DNA of 63,640 bases, counting the filler, from Pelomyxa schiedti (taxonomy: Eukaryota; Protista; Evosea), in assembly GCA_020536535.1 (NCBI GenBank). It is 12 parts of 12 records of this genome, joined end to end, with 100 filler letters (N's around TTAATTAATTAA, not from the genome) between each part and the next. Parts side by side here need not be neighbours in the genome. Positions count along the whole stretch, not along the records: positions 15,626 to 27,269 come from JAHLWZ010000196.1; positions 27,370 to 44,211 come from JAHLWZ010000075.1; 10 more parts are not named here. The stretch is one strand, 5' to 3'. Positions 22,151-33,445 of this stretch are shown in pieces. Below the pieces are notes generated by a model that did not search any database, was not told where the DNA came from, and saw only the letters and a program-made list of their open reading frames with translations. A program made the position numbers and the translations under genes. Each line of letters begins with the position of its first letter. Position 1 is the stretch's first letter.

Positions 22151-25100
22151 TCAGAAGTCAAAGTGATCATGGAAGAAGTCCACGTTTCTGAGGGATGCTA
22201 TTTTCACCAAGTCGTCACGTTGGAGGAGCTTGAACGCGAGTTCCAGGTATTCCCACACGTGCTCGGCACCGGCAGCACCGTCTCCCCCCGTCGAGGCCAG
22301 TGCCCGCAGGAACTGCACGGCGGCCGCGTCGTAGTTCTTGAGGGCGATGTGCGATATCCCGAGGTTGGAGAGCGCTCTCACGTATGACGGCCGAAGCTGC
22401 AGTGCCGCGTTGTAGGCATCGACGGCGTCCGCGTTGTTCGCCGCGTTGGCCAATGTGGCGCCGAGCTTGTTCCACAAGAGGTAGTCCGTGGGTTTCTTGG
22501 AGAGTGCCGCTTTGAGGCAGTCCACGGCCTTCTCGTACTCATATCTTTGTTTGTGGTTAAGGACAGGTGAGAGAAGGGCAAGGAATTTACGAAAGGTTGA
22601 ACAAAAGTCCCAGTCCCGTTTGAATATCAGGATCAACATCGGTGGGTGTGAGTCTTGCAGCTTCCAAAAACATTCCAAGAACCTTGATGAGGGGGGCAAA
22701 TAAGTACAAAAAAAGATGGAGGTGAGAAAAGAACCTACCGCAATGTGATTGGTGAAACTCGTCATCAACTGTGAGAAGCGTTGATCAATAGGAGATTCCC
22801 CCACAGTGACTGGTGGTGGCTCTGGTATGGACTTGTACCTTTGAATGAGTGAGTTTGTCGTGAGAAAAAGGTCCAGAAGGGTATCACGCACACACTTGGG
22901 GTGTGACTGAAGCCATTGCTTCAAAGAATTGACTGCTGTATCCTTGCTGAAATCATTCGTGGAGCTAACAGCCAAAGCCATCAGAGTTTCTCTGTTGCCA
23001 GGATCAAGTTCATTTGCTTTACTTAAAGCAGCAATAGCTTGTGCATCACTATCATTTTCGGCTTGTGCTTGTCCTAGAACCTGCCATGCCTGTGCACTGG
23101 AGTGTTTTTAAGAATGGCGCGAAAGGGACAGGATTATCTGCGAACTTGGTGGGGTTGCGAATTAGTTCGGCTTCAAGTGCGAGTATTGCATTCCCAACAT
23201 TTCCCTCGTTATAAAATTCCATGCCCTTTCCAAATGGAGAGCTGTGGTTGAGGAAGGGATTGGTTTCTTGGTCAGAAAACTGGTAAGCAGTGACGGGAGG
23301 AGCATTTTGGGTGGCCGTCTTCAGTAACAGAAATTAATAAATGTTAACCAACACAGTGAGGCTGGTTTTTGGTTTTTTTTGGTTGGGAATTTACTGATGA
23401 ATATTGATCTGCCCAGTTATCTGTCCCCTCCTAGGCAATCCAACTAAGTTATTTAAGAAGTCAATTTTTGATTCTTAAAAATCATTGTTTGGTTTTATAG
23501 AAAGGATACCGTTTCATCAGCGTACTCATTTGCCCACACTGAGTTACTTTCTGCAGTTGTGGAAGTCGTAGTAGAGGTTGTATTCACATCATTTTCGTAT
23601 TCTGTCTCCCATGGCGTGGTTTCCTCTGTCCCTTGAAATTCAGATGCCCAGGATGTTGTTTCCTCCGTTGTTCCATGAAATTCAGTTGCCCAGTCTTCCC
23701 CTGTTGTTGTGTTCGCAGCAGTTCCGACTACTACAGTGTTGTCCTTCACTTCCATCTATTTTAGAGATAAACAAAACTGAGGCATGGTTAGGAAATGGNN
23801 NNNNNNNNNNNNNNNNNNNNNNNNNNNNNNNNNNNNNNNNNNNNNNNNNNNNNNNNNNNNNNNNNNNNNNNNNNNNNNNNNNNNNNNNNNNNNNNNNNAA
23901 ATTCAGTTGCCCAGTCTTCCCCTGTTGTTGTGTTCGCAGCAGTTCCGACTACTACAGTGTTGTCCTTCACTTCCATCTATTTTAGAGATAAACAAAACTG
24001 AGGCATGGTTAGGAAATGGAGAAGGTACCTCCCCAGTGCGAAGTTGGTTCATAAATTGCATGAATTTGGTTGCTCTAACTTTGGGGTCACTCACAGCATC
24101 AACGAGCCGCCCTGTTGCCTCACGCAATCTTTGTTTCTGTAAACTTATTACATTGACACAAACAGCTCTCAGAAACACAAACCTCGAGTTCTCTTTCAAT
24201 GGGGTCTGACAACTTCGCGGGTGCGGCAGCGGACTCCTCTGCGTTCCAAGCCTTTTCAAGCTCAAGATCAGCTGTGTTGTCAAAAAATTCTTCTGTCTCT
24301 CCTTGCTCAACAAATTGTTGTGCCCAAGCTGCGGCAAAAAGTTAGAACTGATATCTCGTGGTGTCCAACGGAAGGAATGTACTTTCAGGCTGGTCCTGAG
24401 GAAGTTGAGGTGCTGCAGCAAATTCTTCAGCCCAGTCACCTCCAGTTTGAGAAGCCCAAGCTCCTTCGAACTGACCTGTGTATTCACCAGCATCCCAACC
24501 AGCATCAAATGCTTCCAGCTGCTCAGGAGAGATGTGAAGAGTACCAAGAATAGCACCTACCTAGGTATATTTTGTGTTGAGAAAGTGTGAATATTGAAAT
24601 CACTATGATAGCACAAACTCACTTGTGAATCAGCAAATTCTGGAGGTTGATCCGCACACATGTGCCGTGCTAACATTTGTGAGCGTTGCATGATTTTCAT
24701 TTGCTCAACGGCCGATAGTCCGGGATCTGGAATCATTCCACTGGAAGAAGGCAAAGTGAATACAAAGCCCATGTGAATTAAAAGGAACTTACACAGGCAT
24801 TGGAGTTGCGCTCATTGTGCTATGAATGAATGTGTGTAAGATGTCTGTCATTTGCTCACTGCTGAGTGGCACTACAGTTGGAGGCTTTTTGGTGTATCAA
24901 AAAAAAAAAAAAAAAGAAACACCAAATGCATATACAAAAAACCCAAGTGAATTAAAAAAGCCCAACAAAATTCCCAAAAAAAAAAAGCCACAACACACAA
25001 CAAGTGCAAAGTAACCAATGGCACACACCCTCTGTGCGACGCGCATCCAACGATCTTGCATTGCAACGAGAGATCCGCCGCCGCCCCCTCTGCCGCCGAC

Positions 25101-25205
25101 CGCACGTGCCAACGACGACAACTGATTGGGCGACGCACCGCAGTCCTGCGACGCCGTGATCCCTCGCAGGAACCCCCCAATGCCCCCTCCTCCCTCTGTG
25201 CTCAT
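22151..25205 (-). CDS. PEX5: Peroxisomal PTS1 receptor PEX5 (multi-exon)
   Basis: N-terminal [13 protein letters not shown] (conserved ubiquitinated Cys); [21 protein letters not shown] (Pex7-binding-like segment); WxxxF/Y motifs WATEF, WASEF, WETEY, WANEY, WADQY; TPR region [62 protein letters not shown]. Confidence 0.96.
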
Positions 25206-25539
25206 TTTTTTTCTGTTTGTCGATTTCCACAGCTCTGGCTTAGGTCCAATTGGGGTCGGCTGATGATTCTTGTGGCGAGGCGAGTTAAATATTTGGAGAG
25301 AAAATCTAAACCCGTTTGTCACCTGCCATTACGTCAGCCCTTCGACACCATTCCCCTGCGTCCATTCCTTTATAAACCCCCTTTTTTTCCCAAGATCTAT
25401 GGAGTAATACGTTAGTATTTAGCCCGATTTAGCGCGGATAAAAAAGAAGGGACATCCGAGGCAGACAGCAGCGACATCAACAAAATCCCGACACAGGTGC
25501 CATCGCACCCCACCACACAGGCAGAGGCGGCAATCCGGC

Positions 25540-26785
25540 GGATGGACCGAGAGGGGAGGGGGGTCCCGGGGAAGAAGAACGCCAGAACAATACGAGTTGG
25601 AGCGTCACCGACGACTCCTGCGCGCGGCCCTGGGACTCCCCGAAGACGACGAAGGCGCCTACCGTTCTCGCTATGGCAACCCTGCACCGCCGCCGGTGCG
25701 GCTGGACCCCCCAGCTTGGTGCAAGTTCTCGCCGCGTACGAGGCAGATCTCGCCATCGGCCGGACGGGCAGGAGCAATACCACCGAGCCCCACTCCCACA
25801 AATTAATTCCAAGGAACCTTGCAACACCCACATGCAGCGCCAAAGAAAATTTTCCACCCATCACAGTTCCGCCTGGGAAACATCCAGGGCCTGTGTGCAA
25901 TAGAAGTCCAACGAGACCCAGCCCTCCTTATCCCAAACTGGATGTATGGACCCACTCATTAATTGTGAACTAACACCAAACAAATGGTCTACATTCCATC
26001 TCACCAGTTTGACAGGCAACCAAAGACAATCCCGTTGAAGTTCGTGATCGTGATCCCGCCAAGGCGTCACCAGTGGATCGCCATCTTCCAGCGACAAGGC
26101 CATATTGGGGTGTGGAGAAGCGGGAATATGATGTGACGGATGTGGTGTTCATGAAAAGGAGCATGCCTGACTTGAACAGATGTGCATTTGTGGACGAATA
26201 CTTGAGGATTTCCGGCAGAGATGTACGGTGCCTTTTGCTGATGCTTTTAACTTATATTGACTACTGCAGACCTCCAGAATCATTGAATGTCACGGCCTGG
26301 CAGTGCAGAAAATCTCTGTTTTTGATGAAATGCCCTTGCACATGAGTATGGTTTATGAAGCCGTCGACGGTCACAAGGAGATAGAGATGAACTTTGCTAC
26401 TGAAGGTATCTCGCATTTATTATTGGCTCTCATCCATGCAAAAGCACAAGGTGGACCTGGAAGCTTGGAGGACCTTTGTTCTCACCTCGAGTCGTGGCAA
26501 GCAATCATCAGCAAGGCAAAAGTTAAGAGATGCAAGGCCCGCAGTGCTGCAGCATCCAGCCCAAAATGTATAATAGGAGCACCGACACTCCCACGCGAGA
26601 CCCCTCCTATTATACATTTTTTTAGACCAACCCACAACCAACCAGCTCCCACAGGCCAACCTGCACATCAATACCGTTTCTCCATCGATCGACACAACAC
26701 ACAACGCAACAACGCCAACCCACAACCAACCAGCTCCCCCAAACAAACGTGCACAGTGACAGGACTTCGTTGTGCCCGGGACTGA
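25540..26785 (+). CDS. Hypothetical multi-exon protein
   Basis: Overlapping plus-strand ORFs (25497-25973, 26073-26345, 26303-26785) joinable by GT-AG introns. No family recognised and the ends are approximate. Confidence 0.4.
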
Positions 26786-26805
26786 CAGTTTTGTTGTTCA
26801 AAAAC

Positions 26806-27269
26806 ATGTCGAATTTTATTTTGTTGCACAACAACAACAAAAGCAGAATCGGGAAGGGAAAACCAGAAACGAGTGCGGCAAAGAAGGTGACAGGGCAGAG
26901 CAAGTTGCTGCTGCCTCACGAACGACTCCTGGTGTCGTCTGGCCAGCTCGTCGACACCTCGCACCCCGGCGCGTCGTCGGTATGGCTCGACGCCGACCCT
27001 CGCGACGCTCCCGTTCCCCCGACCCACGACACCGCCTATCGTCCAATGGGTGTGAGTCCCACTTGCATTTTTACACGCCTTCGCCCCTTCCCCCAGTAAT
27101 AATGGGACATGTTTCGCCTCGTTTTTCGCCTGTTTCTTACTGGGTGCCACCCCGATGTCGTTGTGTTTTCAGCGGCATTAAAGAACTCATAGTGACAACA
27201 ATTAAAACACAAGGATGAAGAGGTGCTGTACCTCGTGAACAACAACCAGCTTCCAAACACGCAGCCCTA
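26806..27269 (+). CDS. 5' part of a hypothetical protein (..TAYRPMG-DEEVLYLVNNNQLPNTQP..), truncated at the linker
   Basis: ATG 26806; exon ends at YRPMG, and after an intron the next exon reads DEEVLYLVNNNQLPNTQP. Confidence 0.55.
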
Positions 27270-27369
27270 NNNNNNNNNNNNNNNNNNNNNNNNNNNNNNN
27301 NNNNNNNNNNNNNTTAATTAATTAANNNNNNNNNNNNNNNNNNNNNNNNNNNNNNNNNNNNNNNNNNNN

Positions 27370-28347
27370 GCTACGTCAGTAACTTGGAGAAGAGGAAATA
27401 TGCCAGCACTACTATTTGATTGGGGTTGTAGCTGGAGGCTTGGGTTATACAAGTAGATGAAGGCTTCATTTCCCTCCAACTCCGGTCCATGTACTGACGA
27501 TGAAACGTCGGCATGATATGTACCACCATGGTCTGTCATTACGATCAGTAGGTACTCTGGGTGTACTTGCACCCATTTCTTAACTTCCTCAAGTTCCTTA
27601 GTGAAGTCAAGACCTTCTACGTTAACGGGAAAGTACTTCATAAAGTGCCTTTGCCAGTCTAGAAGCCTTGGAGCTGTACTTTCCATTTTTGCTTCTATGG
27701 TTTACCAGGTCAAGAACTTCACTTGAGATTAGAACGCTCACTTGCCCATTGTTGGTCATATTGTCAACACGTGCTCTAATCTTTTAACTTAAATTTAAGG
27801 TAATAGCCTAGCACTACCTCATCTCCACTTCCAGATAAAACGGAGCCAAAAATAGTGTCTGGAACAGAGGAATATCTGAACTCTTTCACTAGATTTCGGG
27901 GGAAAAGAGATGCTAGGCCATCAAAATGCTTTTTTACTGCATAGAAAGAAACCTGGAGGTCTATCAGAGGTAAGTAGGAATAGGAATATGTACAGTCTTT
28001 GTGTTTCCATCGCATTCATTCATTTGATACAGCAAGTTATCCGTTTTAATTGGGTTTCCCACTATATTTGTTTGAGGAACTCCAACAAAATAGCTTGTAA
28101 CTACTGCACTAGTTATTTGTATCATCTGAGTTTGGGCTAAACATAGATTGGGTAAGAAATAAAAAAAAGAGGTAGGATTGCATGCTAACCACGATAGACG
28201 TGGGTGTTATCTCCACTGGTTATACCAAACTTGGTGGCAACGTCAAAGGCCAGCCCATCCACAAAAAAAGTAAGAAACCTACAAAATTTGGAGAAGTACA
28301 TGAGCCACGTTACTTGGTAATTAATCACAGGCTGTAAAGGAAAATAG
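27370..28347 (-). CDS. Partial second copy of the PIG-O/PIG-G-like gene (near-identical to 39410-40387)
   Basis: Colinear with the 39410-40387 region with scattered substitutions; includes the MTDHGG exon. Bounded by a linker and an N gap. Confidence 0.8.
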
Positions 28348-28447
28348 NNNNNNNNNNNNNNNNNNNNNNNNNNNNNNNNNNNNNNNNNNNNNNNNNNNNN
28401 NNNNNNNNNNNNNNNNNNNNNNNNNNNNNNNNNNNNNNNNNNNNNNN

Positions 28448-28806
28448 AACTGTGCTGCCTGGTTTATCAGACAATTCCAAGTGACTTTGCCTGAGGTTTG
28501 TATGTGTTTCAACAACCACAAAACAGCCAACAACTCACCAACCAGGTGTTGGACATGGTTCGGTCACATGGGCGCAACTTCAAAACGAGTCTATCCACTT
28601 GGAAGATGCTCCTGAGGCAGTTCCCAGACATTACAGCAGACACTGCCAAGCACATGTTCCTGGATGTGGTCTGCGCGTCGCCATGCCACATTGAGTACTC
28701 CATTCACACTCTGGGTCTCACTGCTCAAGATCTGCCACCGTGGGACAGGTTGAGGCACCAAACGCCAAAGTCCACTCAAACGTGGCTGGCAATGCACCGT
28801 CGTTGA
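28448..28806 (+). CDS. 3' end of a hypothetical protein (5' part lost in the N gap)
   Basis: Open frame ending ...STWKMLLRQFPDITAD...STQTWLAMHRR*. Confidence 0.45.
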
Positions 28807-28933
28807 AAAAACAACTATAATGACCACTGTAAATAGACAACTCACCTCATAAGATAAGGAGTTGAATAGGAAAACCAGTTAACTTGTTTTTTGCAAAAAA
28901 AAAAAAGTTTTGGTTATTCTGTTGAGTTGGGTC

Positions 28934-31600
28934 TTAGTACCTCCCGTTCCTTCTTCCTCTGCGTCTTCTGTTTGATTGGGGTGGGTTGTTGGCAACGGGA
29001 TAGGCCGCTGCTGATGCGGTGTTGATGATGGGCTGGTCAATGGTGGAATATGTTGTGTATGAACCAAGCGGAGCTAGGTTCCGCCTTGCGGGGGGCACGT
29101 AGGTGTCCTGTCTGTGTTTCTTTGGTGGCGACGGCTGCGGTGTTGTGATGGTTGTTACTGATGAAGTGGTGGAGTTCCGCGTTGTGGTTGTTGTTGTATT
29201 TGCTTTTGCATTTCCGGCCGCGGGTTGCCTCTTCCTGTGGAGATAGGTCGGTTAGTAGGAATGGGAATGTTGGCAGGAAGAGACCTGCTCGATTGCGGTT
29301 CAGTTTGCGTCTTCTTAACAATGACTACATCTATCTTAGCCCAGGAGGGTTTCAGGGAGCTCTCATTCAAGAATGAGGGAGTGCTCTTTAGGAGTGCCTT
29401 TGTATGTGTGAATTTCCTTTGTTTTTGGGTTTTTTGCCTAGATTACCTGCGCCATCGTCTTAATGTTTGTTGTAGATTTCAGGAGCAAGTCCAGTACCTC
29501 GCGTTCTTTGAGCTGTCAGAGAGTTAGGGGTTTTTTGTGATTTTCAATAAAAACTTACATTCTCACTTGGTGCATTTGGGTTATGTCCTAATGCATCGCG
29601 CTTCTTTCTTGCTTGTTGGTTGTTCTTCGTTGTCTCCACATCAATGTCTTTCAATCTATATTTCTTTAGAGAAAAACCTACCAGATTACTGTGTGAACTT
29701 TTTCATAAATTCTGCATGCTTTGGGTCTGGGTCCCCAGTGGTAAAGTCATCTGGTTGACCAGTTCTAATATGAATTCCGGAGAGTTTTCGGACATGCGCC
29801 GGAACCTTGAGATTGTCAATAGTTTCGAAGAATCGCTGTTGACCTAACCTTGGAAGCGAGTCTATGGAAAAGAAGGAGTAAAACTTCCAGTTGAGTGAAT
29901 TCCAGCTCAAATTCGCCTTTGGCGTTCTCCTTTATAATTTTCTAAGATAAAGGTAAACTTTCAGAAGCAAATGCAAATTCATTCATACTGGACCGAGTAG
30001 GGCACTGAATGCCAGATCTAATATAGGCTTGGCACTGTCAGCATCAATTTGCGCAGATGCATCAACAAGTCTCATCAAAATAGTTTGTCTTGTAGCCTCT
30101 GGTATGTCCTAGATAGAAAGTGTGACACTGTGAATGCAACAAGTCCAATCCGTGCCTGTTCAAAAACTGGTAATATCTTCGTAATGAAGAACTCCACAAA
30201 TTTGGTATTAAAAGCAGCAGCAGAATACTTCGCTCCAATTTCACAACACTCAAGTAGTATTGACAAGTACTCCTCTGTGAGGCCAAGGTTGGGGAATCCC
30301 ACTTGCTTGAGTAACATTTCACTAACTGTCTCACTCCTAGTAGAAGCAATTGCCGGGTCGGTTGCTTGGAACATAGTGAAGGTATTCAAGATGTTGAAGA
30401 ACGAGCGCAAATCAGATGCACTAACATCACCCATCACTCTCTTAATCTACATTGGGTCATGTGACTGTTTTGTTGTTATGCATCACCAACCTCATTTATG
30501 ATAATTTGTTCAGTCTCTTCAGGAGAACCAAAAGACTTTTTGTTTGGAATCACCTATAAAAACAAGATTGAGATGAAATTGTAATAGCTAAGTGGAACCT
30601 TTTCTAAGAGGAAGGAGATGCATCGGGCGCGAAGAAGCTCACCACCTTCAATAATAAAATTGAAAAGAATTTCCAGCACTCCTTCGATAAGGTGAGCTAT
30701 GATTTTGATGCAAAGAAAAATTAACCCTTTTTATCCACTGTGAGAAGTTGTAGGAGATTTTCCTTGACATTGTCTAATTCAAGAGGAATGTCGGCAGCAA
30801 GTAGCTGCACCACAACATCTGCTGCCTTCGAGGCCCAGTCCGGAAATGCACGTGCAACAAGTGGAAGAGCTCTCACAGCGAGAATCTAATTCATCGACCT
30901 TTCGTCAGAGCAGTAAATTGTTTAAAAGTACACACTCTTGTGCCGACATCATTAGGATCCTCACACAAATCAAACAAAGCATTTCCCACTTGTTCCACCT
31001 TACCGGGGAATAGTGAAACGAACTTTGGAAGCAGCTGAGCAGAGAGCTTGCAAGCACGTCCAACTTCCTTTACTGGCAGAAGTTCATCATACATACTGGC
31101 CTAAACAAATAAACATCCATCCTCGAAGTATCCAAAGCCTAGGGGACTTACTGCCTGTTCTGCTGTAATAGTGGTCTGCTTATCCGATGGCGTGGTGGTA
31201 TTGGATTCAGAAGTCTTTTCAGAGGATTGTTTTTGTTGCTCCATGTAAGTTGTTAGGGCAGTAGAAATATCATAAAATCGGGCCACAAAAGCGTCCCCAG
31301 AATTTGTCCTTGGTTGTTGAAGTTGCTTCAGTTACTTTTTTGTACGGCTGGAAAGAAAGGGGAAACAAAAAAAAAAGACATACTCCTTTGCAGCCGTCTT
31401 TTTAACATCCTCTACGTAGTGCGTTGGACGCAATAGTTTTATTTTTCAAAAAAAAAAAAAAAAAAAACCCCGGCGGCGATGTGGGAGGGTGAAATACCAA
31501 TTGGCGGGGCAGTGGAACTAGTTGGTGCAGTTTGCAACTGCGTAGTATCGGCCGCCGCGACTTCGGAACTTGACGATGCCGCACCACCACTGCTTGACAT
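28934..31600 (-). CDS. API5: Apoptosis inhibitor 5 (API5/AAC-11) homologue (multi-exon)
   Basis: CKLSAQLLPKFVSLFPGKVEQVGNALFDLCEDPND..AVRALP..KAADVVVQLLAAD..LELDNVKENLLQLLTVD..IIEGGELLRARCISFL parallels API5 (RLASQFIPKFF..AQLDLCED..VADILTQLL..GEDIVRERAIKFL). C-terminal PSF..SW and YVPP..R-rich tail. Confidence 0.88.
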
Positions 31601-31774
31601 GTCGAATCTCCAGATTAGCTTTTTAGACTAAAAGAAAAAAAAAAAGCCAAAGATCTGTGAGTTGTTGTGGGTGATGGTTCTTTGTACCAAACGAAACAGC
31701 GTGGGGAAAAGGGAGTCCCTGACTGTGTTATGGGTGCAAAATTTTCGATTGGATAAGCAAGCTGGGAATTGATC

Positions 31775-33222
31775 CTAGAGGTGTATGGAATAAATCCGCA
31801 TAGTGTTGTTCATTGTGATTTGTAGGGCTTCTTTTTGGGTGACTCCTTTGAGCCGGCCTATTTCTGATGCTACCACGGGAATGTCTGTGGGCGTGGATTT
31901 TAGACTGGAGAATTATAGTAAGTAAAAGCAAGAGGGACTTACGGCCTGGGTGTGCTGTTTTGCCTCGGAAAGGAACCGGCGCCATGTAAGGGCCATCTGT
32001 TTCCAGTAGCAACCGTTCTAGGGGCACGATTTTGACAGCTTCTCGAATTTTGTCAGATGATTTGAAAGTGGCTACACCGGTGAATCCAACGACAAGGTTA
32101 GGGAACCTGTTTGTGTTAGTACCAGAATTGCTACAAATACATATACCTCCGCAGCATTTCAGAGGCGAATTCGGGACCACCAGTGTAGCAGTGCAAGTGA
32201 ATTGGATGATTGGCCGGAAGTGTTTCGGTCATCAATCGCAGCGTGTCATCGTCTGCATCTCTGGGAAAAAATTAATGTTTTGCAAGGAATTTTAGAATAC
32301 CTTGTGTGAACAACAAGTGTTTTGTTGAACTCGATGGCTCGTTTCATTTGTTTTGGGAAAACTTCAAGTTGGATGGCCGGTGGTGACAAATTCTTTTTGA
32401 AGTAAGAGTGTGAAAAGGAAACATAGCTAGCTCACCCTGAAGAAGTCCAGTCCGCATTCACCCCAGCCAACAGTACGTGGATGAGACATGCGCGCAATGA
32501 GACGCTGCTCAACAACGTCGTCATAGTGACTTGCGTCATGTGGGTGAATCCTGACACCATTAAACGAGGCATTAAAATATGCGAGAAAAAAACCCGTAGG
32601 TAGAGTAAATCCAGTCATGCGCATCCTGCGTTGCCGAGTACTGATCTATGTCCTCAGGGCTGCAGCACACGTTTACCGCGAACCTCATTGTTGGAAACAG
32701 TGAAGCCTTCACATCCCGCAGCACCAGCCTTGGTTTCGTCGGCGCGCTCGCAGTGGCGTCACCAGAGGGAATTGCAGCAGTGGCAGTGGTAGTCGCCGCG
32801 TCAGTGGCAGTGGTCGCGGCTTCCGCCTTCGCGTTGACTGCCTTGCCCAGTTCAGCCGCACACAATTCCTCCAGAACCGAGTCAATGTGAACGTGAGCGT
32901 CGCAATAGGGCTGGTCACCCGGATCCTCGACAACCACAGGCGCCGCCTTGGTCGCCGCCTTTTTTCCCTTGTTGTTTTGCTGCGGGGCACCACCACCGCC
33001 GCCTCCTTTCTTGGTTTTCGCAGTAGCCGCCGACGATGACGCCGACGCGGGCGGTTGCTTTCTCGTCGCCGCCGACGCCGATTTTTTTGTTGCGGGTGTC
33101 GGTGCAGATGACGGTGACGATGGCGATGGTGAGGGTGACGACGGCTGTTGGTCTGGTTCGTTCGGTTGTTGCTGGGGGTGTGGATCTAGATCTACGGGTG
33201 CGGTGTGTGCGCCTTCCGTCAT
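31775..33222 (-). CDS. tatD: TatD-family DNase (multi-exon)
   Basis: DAHVHID, GIHPHDA, VGWGECGLDF, VHTRDADDD, IHLHCYTG, VGFTGVATFK, IVPLERLLLETDGPYMAPVPFRGK. Confidence 0.95.
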
Positions 33223-33445
33223 TTCGCCTGCAGCGTGTTTTTTATTTGTTTACAGTCTAGCACGAGAACGAACCGTTCTTGTATTCGGGTTTTTGTGAAT
33301 TCCTTATGATTCCGAGATGAGCCTGCTCTACAACAGGAGAGAAACACAACACAACAAAACTCGTCTTCGCAACGTTCTATTGTCGACTGCCCCTATTTGT
33401 TCATTACTCCCCGTCGGGACATCACCGGATCCATCAAACGAAATC

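Noticed and set aside
23679-24018. Repeated PEX5 exon/intron segment (extra WATEF motif)
   Set aside because: Exact ~120-bp duplication around a 100-N gap; most likely an artefact.
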